This document shows positions 1 to 9,194 of a stretch of DNA of 64,000 bases, piece by piece; position 1 is the stretch's first letter; every line of letters begins with the position of its first letter. The DNA lies in assembly GCA_018970245.1 (NCBI GenBank), contig JAGWWT010000003.1, forward strand, positions 3,519 through 67,518. Direction: 5' to 3'. Under the pieces are notes generated by a model. The model worked only from the letters and a program-made list of their open reading frames with translations. It did not search any database and had not been told where the DNA came from. A program made the position numbers and the translations under genes. The DNA is from Patescibacteria group bacterium (GTDB taxonomy: Bacteria > Patescibacteriota > Minisyncoccia > Phycocordibacterales > PALSA-1337).

Positions 1-200
1 CGAGATGCCCCTGCCGGCTGATAATCAAGGAAGGCCGACGAGTCTCCGCCCGCCGTGATCGATCCTCTGGCGCGATCCTCCAATTCTTGAGCGCGCAAGC
101 CGGGCTTGACCATGGATGCCAGCTCCCGCAGGATCGCCGCATGCCTTTTGCCTCCTTCGCGGAGGATGGCGATCTCTTCCTTTGTCTTGAGGGTTATCAC
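1..200 (-). CDS. map: methionine aminopeptidase type I, N-terminal part; gene continues beyond window start
   Basis: Hand translation of the minus strand from a GTG about 10 nt after the adk stop gives VITLKTKEEIAILREGGKRHAAILRELASMVKPGLRAQELEDRA..FLDYQPAGA, a typical MAP N-terminus. The adk-map order matches the spc operon tail. Confidence 0.6.
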   Translation of the reverse strand, partial: MITLKTKEEIAILREGGKRHAAILRELASMVKPGLRAQELEDRARGSITAGGDSSAFLDYQPAGAS

Positions 201-209
201 GCGCTTACC

Positions 210-812
210 TTACTCCAATCCGATCTTTTTCACAATCTCGGCGTGGACCTCTTCGATCGGCCTCTCGCCGTCGATGTCGAGGAAATTGACGTCGGGGTTC
301 GTCTTGTACCACTCGATAGTCGGCACGATGTCTTCCTCATAGGCCTTGCGCCTTTTTTCCAAAGCCTCCGCTCCGTCGTCTTTCCGACCGCTATTAGCAG
401 ACCTCAAGGAGATCCGCTTGGCTGATTCTTCGTGCTCCACATCCAGATAGATAAGCCATGGCTTCGGGAAGCTGTAGAATGGGAAGACTCCCTGGAGCAT
501 CTTGGCTTCCAGGAGCTTCCGTGGCGTGCCGTCGAAGACAAGATGCTCCTTTCCGGTGAACTTGCCCTCGAGGATGCTCCCCCATATGTAGACGCACATG
601 AATTCAGGCATGAGATACCCCTGTTCGATGATGCTCTTGCTCAGCTTGGCCGTATAGGTCTCGCCTTGGAAGAATTTCCTGAACTCGGCGCCCGTCTCTA
701 TGTGGATGACCGGCGTGCTGTCGCGCTTCTTGAGCCTTTCGATCAAAAGGGCGGCCTGAGTGCCCTTGCCAGCGCCGTAACGTCCCATGAACACGAATGA
801 TTGTGGTTGCAT
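210..812 (-). CDS. adk: adenylate kinase
   Basis: The ORF 210..1052 contains MQPQSFVFMGRYGAGKGTQAALL with a P-loop (GxxGxGKGT). Placing the start at the internal ATG (CAT at 810-812) gives a 200-aa Adk. Confidence 0.85.
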   Translation of the reverse strand: MQPQSFVFMGRYGAGKGTQAALLIERLKKRDSTPVIHIETGAEFRKFFQGETYTAKLSKSIIEQGYLMPEFMCVYIWGSILEGKFTGKEHLVFDGTPRKLLEAKMLQGVFPFYSFPKPWLIYLDVEHEESAKRISLRSANSGRKDDGAEALEKRRKAYEEDIVPTIEWYKTNPDVNFLDIDGERPIEEVHAEIVKKIGLE

Positions 813-1284
813 GCGGGGTATTATAGCGGCTAGCGAGGACTTGCGAAAGCCCGGAGGGCTTGCGCGAAGTCCGAGCGACGACGCTTCATGGAGCAAGGCG
901 GAATATAACGCCGAGTTATAGCGCCGAGTTTTCAAGCCGTGCGGCCCGCGATGACTGGTCTCTATTCGTCGATTCATCGAAACGTCGATCTGGTCCCTCG
1001 TGTGTTGTAATTTTTCTGCCGCATGGCTAAACCAAGCCGTTGATTTTGTCATGGAAATGGATTTCCGTAAATGAAAAAATCTACCGATTCCAAGGACTTC
1101 GAACTATATCGAGAACTTCATGGGCTTGCGCGCGGCGCGGGCGCAGGCGTGACTGAGCGCGCCACGGCGTGGCGGTTAAGAACCTTAGCTGCCCGGGCGC
1201 GACAGAGGAGCGCGACAGAGGAACGCGACAGAGGAACGCGGCAGATGAGCGCGGTAGATGGGGCGCAAGCGAGCTTTTTGTAGC

Positions 1285-2568
1285 CTAGTACTCCCTCATC
1301 GCGACCTGAGCGTCGACTTTCTTCAAGAGATCGATCACAACGGAGACGACGATGAGCAGGCCAGTGCCGCCGATAGCCAGGGTCTGAGAATTATCTGGCG
1401 AGAATGTCTGGATCACAAGCGGCAAGATGGCCACTACGCCTAGGAATACCGCGCCGACGAGAGTGATGCGGGTGACGATGTTGCCCAAGTGCTGCTCGGT
1501 ATGATCGCCGGGCCTGACGCCGGGGATGAATGCACCGGTGCGCTGCAGATTCTCAGATATGAGCTTGGGATCGAAGGTGACGGCCGTGTAGAAATACGTG
1601 AAGAGGACCACCATCAAGAAATAGAGTATGCCGTATGGCCAGGAAGGCGGCGTGAGCCAGCCAGAGATGGCCTTGGAAAGGCCGGCGATCGTCGGATGGC
1701 CCGCGAGATTGCCGATGGCCCCGAAGATGATCTGCGGGAAGAGCAATATAGAAAGGGCGAAGATGATCGGAATGACGCCCGACTGGTTCAGGCGCAGAGG
1801 GAGATAGGTCGAGGATCCGCCGTAAACCTTGTTTCCCCGGACCTGCTTGGCGTAAGTGACCGGGACCGAACGTTCGGCTTCCGTCACATAGACGACGCCG
1901 GCCACAGCGAGGACCGCCACGACCAGTACGCCTAGGTAGAAAGGCAGGTTGGCCGGGTTGTACTGCGCCGAGAATTGGACCAGATCGCGAGGCAGCCTGG
2001 AGACGATACCGGCGAAAATGATGAGCGATACGCCATTGCCGATGCCAAATTCTGATATCAGCTCTCCGAGCCACATGAGCAAGATGGAGCCGGCGGTGAT
2101 GACGATCACGTTTATGGAAAATGCGGCGATGGTGATATGCGGAAGGACGGCCTGGGACTGGAGCAATATGAGGAAGCCTATGGCCTGTATGATCGCCAAA
2201 GGAGCGCCGAGGACGCGAGAATATTGCGAGAGCTTGATGCGGCCCGCCTCCCCTTCATCGTGCATGAGCGCCTTCCATGATGGGAATATCATGGTCAGAA
2301 GCTGGACGATGATAGATGCCGTTATGAAAGGGCCGACTCCGAGCATCACTATCGAGAGGTTCGAGAGACCGCCGCCCGAGAAGATGTTCAGGAAGCCGAA
2401 GAGCTGGCTCGAAGAGAGCAGCTTGGCCAGATTGGCGGCGTCCACTCCCGGTATCGGGATGGCCGCCAGGGCACGGAACGCCACCAGCATGAGAACGGTG
2501 AATCCGATCCTTTTTCTAAGGGCCGGATCCTGGAAGACGAGCATCGATTTTTGGATGAATTCATTCAT
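1285..2568 (-). CDS. secY: preprotein translocase subunit SecY
   Basis: 427-aa polytopic membrane protein with typical SecY sequence features. It sits between rplO and adk as in the spc operon. Confidence 0.95.
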   Translation of the reverse strand: MNEFIQKSMLVFQDPALRKRIGFTVLMLVAFRALAAIPIPGVDAANLAKLLSSSQLFGFLNIFSGGGLSNLSIVMLGVGPFITASIIVQLLTMIFPSWKALMHDEGEAGRIKLSQYSRVLGAPLAIIQAIGFLILLQSQAVLPHITIAAFSINVIVITAGSILLMWLGELISEFGIGNGVSLIIFAGIVSRLPRDLVQFSAQYNPANLPFYLGVLVVAVLAVAGVVYVTEAERSVPVTYAKQVRGNKVYGGSSTYLPLRLNQSGVIPIIFALSILLFPQIIFGAIGNLAGHPTIAGLSKAISGWLTPPSWPYGILYFLMVVLFTYFYTAVTFDPKLISENLQRTGAFIPGVRPGDHTEQHLGNIVTRITLVGAVFLGVVAILPLVIQTFSPDNSQTLAIGGTGLLIVVSVVIDLLKKVDAQVAMREY

Positions 2569-3022
2569 CTATTTTTCCGCGAGCCTCTATCTTTCCGCCG
2601 GCCTTCTCGATCTTGGCCTTGGCAGACTTAGAGACCGCTAATCCGGAGAGCTTCAGGGCCTTGGTGATCTCGCCATCGCCGAGGATCTTGACGGGCGGGA
2701 TGCGGCCGGATCCGGTAGAGACGACTCCCTTCTCGATGAGAGACTTCGGCGTGACCTGATCGTTGGCGGCGAAAGCCGCTTCGAGGATGCTGACATTGAC
2801 CGCTACCGCCTTTTCTTGGATCGACTTGTGCGAGTTGACGCCGCGGCCGCGAAGCTTAGGGAGCTTCTTGATGATGTCTCGCCATTCCGGTCGGCGCTTG
2901 TTGCCGGCGCGCGCGCTCTGGCCTTTGCCGCCGCGGCCGGATGTCTTGCCGCGCTTGCCGCCTCTGGCCACGATCATGCGCTTGCGGTTCGGATGGGCTC
3001 TTTTTAGGTTATTGATCTGCAT
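2561..3022 (-). CDS. rplO: 50S ribosomal protein L15
   Basis: 153 aa with a Gly/Arg/Lys-rich N-terminus (ARGGKRGKTSGRGGKGQ) and an L15 C-terminal region. Position is upstream of secY. Confidence 0.9.
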   Translation of the reverse strand: MQINNLKRAHPNRKRMIVARGGKRGKTSGRGGKGQSARAGNKRRPEWRDIIKKLPKLRGRGVNSHKSIQEKAVAVNVSILEAAFAANDQVTPKSLIEKGVVSTGSGRIPPVKILGDGEITKALKLSGLAVSKSAKAKIEKAGGKIEARGKIDE

Positions 3023-3051
3023 GGGATTGTATTAGGCCTTATGGGATTGTA

Positions 3052-3699
3052 TTAGGCCTTCGGCTTCATCTGGCTCTTCGGGATCGGCGAAAGATGCTTT
3101 AGGGCTTCGATAGCCGCTCTGGCGTTGTTGAGGCGGTTCTTGCTGCCTGACAGGAACTTGGCGCAGACGTCCTTGATGCCTGCGAGCTCCATGACCACGC
3201 GGGCCGAGCTCCCTGCCACGATGCCGCTGCCTCTCGCCGGAAAGACCTTTATGAGGACGCTGCCGTACTTGGCTTCGACGGCATGAGGGATGACCATCTG
3301 GGGCGAAAGAGGCACCTTGATCATGTTCTTCTTCGCATCGCGTGTCGCCTTTTCGACGGCTCCGGCCGTATCGCTGCCCTTGCCGAGGCCGACGCCTACG
3401 CGGCCCTTCCTATCGCCAGCCACGACCGACACGCTGAAGTTCATGCGGCGCCCGCCAGCCGTCACGCGGGTGACGCGCCGGATATCGATTATCTTGGAGT
3501 CGAACTCTGGCTTTGCGCGCTCACGGGGCTCGCCGCGGCCGCCTCCAGGTCCGCGTCCATGGCCGGCTCCGCGGCCTCCCCTCCTCGCCGTATCGCCGCG
3601 CATCCTCCTCCCAGGAGTGACCTTGTTAGGCGCAGCCGGAGCGGCTGCCGCCGGGGCCTTTGTTTCGTTATTCTGGTTCTTTATATCTTTTGGTGGCAT
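3052..3699 (-). CDS. rpsE: 30S ribosomal protein S5 with Gly/Arg-rich N-terminal extension
   Basis: S5 core VTRVTAGGRRMNFSVSVVAGDRKGRVGVGLGKG...GSGIVAGSSARVVMELAGIKDV. There is no rpmD (L30) gene between rpsE and rplO. Confidence 0.9.
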   Translation of the reverse strand: MPPKDIKNQNNETKAPAAAAPAAPNKVTPGRRMRGDTARRGGRGAGHGRGPGGGRGEPRERAKPEFDSKIIDIRRVTRVTAGGRRMNFSVSVVAGDRKGRVGVGLGKGSDTAGAVEKATRDAKKNMIKVPLSPQMVIPHAVEAKYGSVLIKVFPARGSGIVAGSSARVVMELAGIKDVCAKFLSGSKNRLNNARAAIEALKHLSPIPKSQMKPKA

Positions 3700-3704
3700 G
3701 TTGT

Positions 3705-4055
3705 TTAAAATTCTAGGCCTCCCTCTCGCGCCGCATCGGCGACCATCTTGATCTTGCCGGCATAGAGGAATCCGCCTCGGTCGAAGACGACGGTATCTAT
3801 CTTAGCGGCTTTCGCCTTCTTGGCAATCTCCAGGCCGACCTCCTTGGCCCTTTCTACGGGCGTCTTGGCTTTGGCTTTCCGGGAATCAGCGGAGACGATG
3901 GTGCAGCCCTTGTCGTCGTCGATGACCTGAGCGTAGATGTAACGATGGGACTTGAAGACGGCAAGTCGAGGGCGCTCTGCAGAGCCGCGTATCTTAGCCC
4001 GGATGCGGGCTTTCCTCCTTGCGAATATAGCTTGTTTTTTCTGGATTTTATTCAT
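3705..4055 (-). CDS. rplR: 50S ribosomal protein L18
   Basis: 116 aa, RLAVFKSHRYIYAQVIDD...VVFDRGGFLYAGKIKMVADAAREGGLEF. Confidence 0.9.
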   Translation of the reverse strand: MNKIQKKQAIFARRKARIRAKIRGSAERPRLAVFKSHRYIYAQVIDDDKGCTIVSADSRKAKAKTPVERAKEVGLEIAKKAKAAKIDTVVFDRGGFLYAGKIKMVADAAREGGLEF

Positions 4056-4069
4056 GTGATTCTTGCTCT

Positions 4070-4603
4070 CTATGCAGCCTTCTTGCCTTGCTTGCGGCGG
4101 ATGACCTCATCGGAATACCGTATGCCCTTGCCGAGGTACGGCTCCGGCTTCTTTACGGCCCGGATCTGGGCGGCGAACTGTCCGACCTTCTCGCGGTCGA
4201 TGCCTGAAACGGCGATGATGTTCTTCTCGCTCGTCACCTTCAAGTCTGCCGGGATCGGCATGACGACCTGGTGCGAGAATCCGACGGAGAGGACGAGATC
4301 CTTGCCCTTGACGTCAGCCTTGAAGCCGATGCCTTCGATGATGAGCTTCTTCTCATAAGGCTTGTTGACGCCGGCGATCATGTTCTTGATATGCGAAGCG
4401 TAGGTGCCCCAAAGCGCATTGGACTGGAGGGACTTGAACTCCTGCTCGAGGGTTATGGCGCCATTCTCTACCTTGACCTTGATGTGCGGGCGGAATCCCT
4501 TCGTGAGCGTGCCCAGAGGGCCTTTCACGGTCATAACGCCTCCCGAAAAGCTGGCTTCGGTCTTCGGCGGCAGGACGATGGGTTTTTTGGCTAGTCTGGA
4601 CAT
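4070..4603 (-). CDS. rplF: 50S ribosomal protein L6
   Basis: MSRLAKKPIVLP...two L6 repeats. Start placed at the internal ATG; the ORF extends to 4624. Confidence 0.88.
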   Translation of the reverse strand: MSRLAKKPIVLPPKTEASFSGGVMTVKGPLGTLTKGFRPHIKVKVENGAITLEQEFKSLQSNALWGTYASHIKNMIAGVNKPYEKKLIIEGIGFKADVKGKDLVLSVGFSHQVVMPIPADLKVTSEKNIIAVSGIDREKVGQFAAQIRAVKKPEPYLGKGIRYSDEVIRRKQGKKAA

Positions 4604-4631
4604 TGTTTTTATACTAAATACCAAATACTGA

Positions 4632-5024
4632 CTACCAGATACGGAACAATACCTCGCCGCCGACCTTTAGCCGCTTCGCTTCCTCGTCCGCGAGCACTCC
4701 CTTGGGCGTCGAAAGGAACGAGTTGCCGAAGCCGCTCCGGAAGACGCGTATGTCTCCATATCTCTGGTATATGCGCTTGGAAGGCTTGGAAACGCGCTCT
4801 ACCCCATGGATGCGAGGGCCTGTATCGAAATAGCGGAGGTTGATGACGAGCTCGCGGTTCAAGAGAGCGCCCTTCTTCTCGACTGACTCGACGTAGCCGG
4901 CCTTCTTGAGAGCGTGGGCGATGGAGTCCAGGAACTTCGAGTACGAGACTGCGACGTCAGGCTTACCAGCGAAGCTGGCGTTCTGGAGGCGGATTATGAA
5001 ATCTGAGACTGGGTCGGTTACCAT
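4632..5024 (-). CDS. rpsH: 30S ribosomal protein S8
   Basis: MVTDPVSDFIIRLQNA... S8 N-terminus found at the internal ATG of ORF 4632..5150. Confidence 0.88.
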   Translation of the reverse strand: MVTDPVSDFIIRLQNASFAGKPDVAVSYSKFLDSIAHALKKAGYVESVEKKGALLNRELVINLRYFDTGPRIHGVERVSKPSKRIYQRYGDIRVFRSGFGNSFLSTPKGVLADEEAKRLKVGGEVLFRIW

Positions 5025-5041
5025 GATGGTGTTGGATCGTA

Positions 5042-5227
5042 TTACCAGGATGACTTCTTGATGCCCGGGATCATGCCCTCGTTGGCGAATTCCCTGAAAC
5101 ATATGCGGCACAGGTCGAAATCGCGCATATAGCCATGCTTGCGGCCACATCGGAAGCAGCGTCGAACCACGCGCGACTTGAACTTCGGCTTCTTCTGCGA
5201 ACGGGCTATGACTGATGTTTTGGCCAT
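5042..5227 (-). CDS. rpsZ: 30S ribosomal protein S14 type Z (zinc-binding, 61 aa)
   Basis: [61 protein letters not shown] carries a CxxC...CxxC zinc ribbon. It is the internal ATG of ORF 5042..5293. Confidence 0.9.
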   Translation of the reverse strand: MAKTSVIARSQKKPKFKSRVVRRCFRCGRKHGYMRDFDLCRICFREFANEGMIPGIKKSSW

Positions 5228-5363
5228 ATTGCAGTGCCCTTCGGGCAATGAAAATCGATTGGTCAGCGCCGCCCTGACGGGTTTTGCTTCCAATCCTTCG
5301 TAAATACGTGGTATTTAGCGAGTGGTTAGGATGTTACCAGAATGCGTAAATTACGCAAGTACG

Positions 5364-5392
5364 TTGACTATCTAATAGATTAATGATATAAT
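5364..5392 (+). promoter_or_regulatory. sigma70-like promoter: TTGACT - 17 bp - TATAAT, about 65 bp upstream of the LDT/CPase gene
   Basis: Read directly: ttgact(5364-5369), atctaatagattaatga (17 bp), tataat(5387-5392). It lies in an AT-rich divergent intergenic region. Confidence 0.5.
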
Positions 5393-5456
5393 ACAAAACA
5401 CCTAGGGCGGTCTTCAAGGAAGCTATGGGATTGTCGTATAATGATATCGCATCGAA

Positions 5457-6905
5457 ATGGATTCTTCCTTTGACTGGAAAGGATTTGCTTTTACCCTAAA
5501 ATTCTCAGCCTTACTGGGAATGATGATGATAGGCTGGCACTTCGGATCCGAACGCGCGCTATCATATTTCAGTTCGCCAGCATCCCTCGAATCAACGGCT
5601 GAACGATTGGCACCGTCCTTTCCTATAGCATCAGCCCAAACGTATTCAAGCACAACGCCCGAACGCATCATAGAGCAGCTGACGATACCCGAAGCTATTC
5701 CTCGACACGGGAAATTCATAGTGGCCGACTTGAGCGGCATGGATCTGCTTCTGTATCAAGACGGTACGGAGAAAGCAGAATTCCCGATCCTCACCAAAGG
5801 CCGCCCTGGAAGCTTTTTTGAGACACCGACCGGTTTCTATTCGGTTTTATCGAAGAGCAAAAATCACTTTAACGCTGGAGAAGGCGTATACATGCCCTAC
5901 TCCATGCAATTTTATGGCAATTACTTCATCCACGGATGGCCATACTACCCTGGCGACAAGCCTGTCGCCTCTACGTATTCAGGCGGGTGCATACGATTAT
6001 CTACGGATGACGCTGCTAAAGTCTATGCGTTTGCCGATCAGGGCACCCCGGTCTTCGTCTATGATGCGTCCACGACCAGAGTCACAGAGCCATTGTCGAT
6101 CGGTAATGTCCCTGGGCCCTCAATCTCAGCAGCCGCTTATCTTATAGCCGATGTGGACACAGGCACGGTCTACCTTGAACATGACGCCGAAACGCCTCGT
6201 CCTATCGCCTCGCTCACAAAGCTCATGACAGCGCTGGTCGCCAATGAGACGATAATGTTCTACAAGAACATCGAAGTCACTAAGGGTGACCTCGATCATT
6301 CACCGGCCGCTGCTGATGCTCTAGGAGAGACTTTCACCGTAGGCGACCTCTTCTATCCATTGCTTATGGAATCAAACAACGCTATCGCGGACGATCTAGC
6401 CCGATATTATGGGACGAACGGCTTCGTGGCTTGGATGGACTCAACCGCGCGGTCTTTAGATATGTCTGAATCGCGCTTTGCTGATGCGAGCGGCGTCTCC
6501 CCGCAAGACGTGTCGACACCAGACGATCTGTTCCGGTTAGCGCGATACGAGATCGATCACAAGTCATTCATATTCAGAATATCGAAGACGCCGATCAAGT
6601 CGCTGACATCGCGACAAGGAGACAAGTTCGTATTCAACAACTTCAACCTCTTCTCTGGCGACCCTGATTTTATCGGAGGAAAAGTAGGTAAAACGGGACA
6701 AGCCGGGGAGACGATGCTTTCACTTTTCTCTGTCCCAGGACAGGAAGCGACGCACCGAGTAGCCATAATCATCCTCGATTCGAAGAATTATAGGACTGAT
6801 ACGCAAAAACTGCATGACTGGATCACATCTGCCGCCGCCTCAGCGCAAAGCAGCGCTGCGTGCGCAAGCTGCTCAGTAAAACAGTACCGCACGATCGATC
6901 CGTGA
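5457..6905 (+). CDS. bifunctional peptidoglycan enzyme: N-terminal L,D-transpeptidase (YkuD) domain fused to a serine-type D-Ala-D-Ala carboxypeptidase (PBP5/S11-like) domain; N-terminal TM anchor
   Basis: LDT catalytic region HGWPYYPGDKPVASTYSGGCIRL (His...Gly-Cys). DD-CPase motifs ASLTK (SxxK), ESNN (SxN) and GKTGQ (KTG). The gene is antisense to the flanking rp genes. Confidence 0.8.
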   Translation: MDSSFDWKGFAFTLKFSALLGMMMIGWHFGSERALSYFSSPASLESTAERLAPSFPIASAQTYSSTTPERIIEQLTIPEAIPRHGKFIVADLSGMDLLLYQDGTEKAEFPILTKGRPGSFFETPTGFYSVLSKSKNHFNAGEGVYMPYSMQFYGNYFIHGWPYYPGDKPVASTYSGGCIRLSTDDAAKVYAFADQGTPVFVYDASTTRVTEPLSIGNVPGPSISAAAYLIADVDTGTVYLEHDAETPRPIASLTKLMTALVANETIMFYKNIEVTKGDLDHSPAAADALGETFTVGDLFYPLLMESNNAIADDLARYYGTNGFVAWMDSTARSLDMSESRFADASGVSPQDVSTPDDLFRLARYEIDHKSFIFRISKTPIKSLTSRQGDKFVFNNFNLFSGDPDFIGGKVGKTGQAGETMLSLFSVPGQEATHRVAIIILDSKNYRTDTQKLHDWITSAAASAQSSAACASCSVKQYRTIDP

Positions 6906-6986
6906 TCCATCGCGAAATGGGATCGTCGCGACAGACGAAAAGCCGCGCTAGGCGGCTCTTGAATTCATTTCTCGCTTTTCAACCCG

Positions 6987-7562
6987 TTAATTCTTGTTTG
7001 CGTCGGCTTTCTTGAGCGGCAATCCCAAGTGCTCCAGGAAGGCCAGCGTAGCCGCCTTGTCGTGAGAGGTCGTAACGATCGTGATGGCGAGCCCGAATAC
7101 GTCCTTGAGGTCCTCATCCGACGTCTCCGGGAAGATCGTGTGCTCCTTTATGCCCAGAGTGTAGTTGCCCATCTCGTCCACCGAATCGCGCGAGAGCCCG
7201 CGGAAGTCCTTGGTGCGAGGCAGAGCGATATGTATGAGCTTGTCCAAGAATTCGTTCATGCGCTTGCCGCGGAGCGTGATCTGGTAGCCGATCGGGTCGC
7301 CGACGCGGGTCTTGAAAGTGGCGATAGCCTTTTTGGTGACGCGGACAGCGGGCTTCTGACCGGTGATCTTGGCCAAACGGTCGGCTATGAGGTCGATCTT
7401 GCGCTTGTCTTTGACGGACCCGAAACCGCTCGAGATCACGACCTTGACCAGTTTCGGTGCCTGCATGGGATTCTCCATGTTCAAAGGGGCTTTCAGTGCC
7501 GTGAATGAATCCTTATTGAGTTGGGCGGTTGTTTTGTATGCCATGATGGTTTGATGCGTCAT
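6987..7562 (-). CDS. rplE: 50S ribosomal protein L5
   Basis: 191 aa, L5 features (KLVKVVISSGFG..., TLRGKRMNEFLDKLIHIALPR). The start may instead be the ATG at 7544. Confidence 0.9.
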   Translation of the reverse strand: MTHQTIMAYKTTAQLNKDSFTALKAPLNMENPMQAPKLVKVVISSGFGSVKDKRKIDLIADRLAKITGQKPAVRVTKKAIATFKTRVGDPIGYQITLRGKRMNEFLDKLIHIALPRTKDFRGLSRDSVDEMGNYTLGIKEHTIFPETSDEDLKDVFGLAITIVTTSHDKAATLAFLEHLGLPLKKADANKN

Positions 7563-7777
7563 ACTTTCTTCGCGACTTTCGACGCTGCTATCGGCATGGC
7601 CATTTCGATGACCTGGCCCTTCTGGCCTTCGGCCCTAGGACGCTGATGCTTCTTGGCCATGTTCACGCCTTCGACGACGACCTTGTTCTCGCGCGGAAAA
7701 GCCTTCACGACCTTGCCGGTCTTGCCTTTGTCGTCGCCTGACAGGATCACCACATTGTCGCCTTTCTTGATATGCAT
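7559..7777 (-). CDS. rplX: 50S ribosomal protein L24
   Basis: 72 aa with a KOW motif, MHIKKGDNVVILSGDDKGKTGKVV; ATG start. Confidence 0.9.
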   Translation of the reverse strand: MHIKKGDNVVILSGDDKGKTGKVVKAFPRENKVVVEGVNMAKKHQRPRAEGQKGQVIEMAMPIAASKVAKKV

Positions 7778-7780
7778 GTT

Positions 7781-7833
7781 AGTCGAAAGTCTATAAAGTC
7801 ATAAAGTCGAAAGTCTATAAAGTCCTTAAAGTC
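7781..7833 (-). repeat. GACTTT(AT) heptad direct-repeat leader element, copy 1 (rplN|rplX junction)
   Basis: mRNA sense GACUUUAAGGACUUUAUAGACUUUCGACUUUAUGACUUUAUAGACUUUCGACUAAC-AUG. A 47-nt core is identical to the copy at 9873-9923. Confidence 0.7.
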
Positions 7834-8203
7834 AAACGATCTCCGGCGCACGGGACGCGATCGTCTTAAAGCCTGCCTCGGCGATCTCGCGAGGGATCGG
7901 GCCGAAGATGCGCCCGGCTATCGGCTCCTTCTTATCCTTCTCGATGATGACCACGGCATTCTCGTCAAAGCGCACATACGACCCGTCTTTGCGGCGCTTT
8001 GGCTTGGTCTGACGGACGACGACGGCGTGGAGGACGTCTTTCTTCTTGACCGCTTTGCGCGGTTCGGCTTTCTGGACCGAAAGGACGACGACTTCGCCGA
8101 TCTCGGCATAGCGCTTCTTGGAAGCGCCGAGGACCTTGAAGATGCGGCCGATCTTGGCGCCGCTGTTATCTGCAATATTCACGATTGAACGGGGTTGGAT
8201 CAT
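7832..8203 (-). CDS. rplN: 50S ribosomal protein L14
   Basis: 123 aa, MIQPRSIVNIADNSGAK... Confidence 0.93.
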   Translation of the reverse strand: MIQPRSIVNIADNSGAKIGRIFKVLGASKKRYAEIGEVVVLSVQKAEPRKAVKKKDVLHAVVVRQTKPKRRKDGSYVRFDENAVVIIEKDKKEPIAGRIFGPIPREIAEAGFKTIASRAPEIV

Positions 8204-8208
8204 GGCGG

Positions 8209-8490
8209 TTATGCGATCACTTTGAATGCCTTATTCTTCGAGATCGGGCGGCAGGCTTCGATCGTAGCCTTGTCTCCCGTCTTCTTTGTATTCCCGGCAT
8301 CGTGGGCCATTATCTTTGTGCGGCGGAGCTGGAACTTGTGGTATTTTGCGTGCTTCACGTAGCGGCGGACCTCGACGACGGCGGTATCCTTCATCTTGTC
8401 GGATACGACCACGCCCGAGAACGTCTGGCGCTTCAAGGCCTTCTGCGGCTTTGCGGCTGTCTTTTCTGTTTTGGCGGCTGTTGCTGGCAT
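8209..8490 (-). CDS. rpsQ: 30S ribosomal protein S17
   Basis: 93 aa, QTFSGVVVSDKMKDTAVVEVRRYVKHAKYHK; position between rpmC and rplN. Confidence 0.9.
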   Translation of the reverse strand: MPATAAKTEKTAAKPQKALKRQTFSGVVVSDKMKDTAVVEVRRYVKHAKYHKFQLRRTKIMAHDAGNTKKTGDKATIEACRPISKNKAFKVIA

Positions 8491-8502
8491 GGAAATGTGA
8501 TA

Positions 8503-8688
8503 TTACTTCGCGGCGTTCATCGCTGTCAATATGCGGGCTATGTCCTTCCTGATGGCGCGGCCCTCTTTTACGTTCTTCGTCTTGGCGCCGGCGGCTCCGA
8601 AGCGGAACACGCGCAGAGCCTCGCGCTTCTCGGAAAGCATCTTGGCCAGGTCGGCTTGCGTCTTCGTCTTTATTTCCTTCGTTTTCAT
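8503..8688 (-). CDS. rpmC: 50S ribosomal protein L29
   Basis: 61 aa, MKTKEIKTKTQADLAKMLSEKREALRVFRF. Confidence 0.88.
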   Translation of the reverse strand: MKTKEIKTKTQADLAKMLSEKREALRVFRFGAAGAKTKNVKEGRAIRKDIARILTAMNAAK

Positions 8689-8706
8689 GGTGATTTGGAT
8701 ATTGGA

Positions 8707-9132
8707 TCAGGAGCGCGATACGACTTTCGTCTTGACCGGGAGCTTCGTGCCGGCTTTGCGGAGCGCTTCAGCGGCCACAGCTGCCTCGACGCCGTCGATC
8801 TCGAACATGATGCGGCCAGGCTTGACCTCGGCGATGAAGCCCTGCGGGTCGCCCTTGCCCTTCCCCATCTTGACTTCGGCCGGCTTCTGCGTGAAAGGAT
8901 GATCAGGGAAAACGCGGATCCAGACCTTGCCGGATTTGGTGGCGTAGCGGGCCATGACCTTGCGGGCGGCTTCGATCTGGTTCGAGGTCACGCGCGCATA
9001 CTTCATAGCCTTGAGACCGTATGACCCGAAAGCGAGGCCGATGCCGCGCGTCTCCGCGTGAGCAGCCTCCTTCTCGCGATGCTGTCGCATCGTGAACCAC
9101 TTCCTATGCTTTACTTTTTTGGGGAATAACAT
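8707..9132 (-). CDS. rplP: 50S ribosomal protein L16
   Basis: 141 aa, MLFPKKVKHRK...GKGKGDPQGFIAEVKPGRIMFEI. Confidence 0.93.
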   Translation of the reverse strand: MLFPKKVKHRKWFTMRQHREKEAAHAETRGIGLAFGSYGLKAMKYARVTSNQIEAARKVMARYATKSGKVWIRVFPDHPFTQKPAEVKMGKGKGDPQGFIAEVKPGRIMFEIDGVEAAVAAEALRKAGTKLPVKTKVVSRS

Positions 9133-9194
9133 GTTAGTTGCAGGTTACAAGTTACAGGTTACAGGTGTCACCTGCTACCTGCAACCTGTTACTT
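9133..9194. repeat. heptad-array palindromic element (GTTNCAR)n-(YTGNAAC)n, locus A (rpsC|rplP junction)
   Basis: gttagttgcaggttacaagttacaggttacaggtgtcacctgctacctgcaacctgttac. The two arms form a long imperfect hairpin. Confidence 0.75.

Noticed and set aside
415-440. tmRNA-like 5' motif ggctgattct
   Set aside because: It lies inside the adk coding sequence and the rest of the tmRNA consensus (GGGGCUGAUUCUGGAUUCGAC) is absent.
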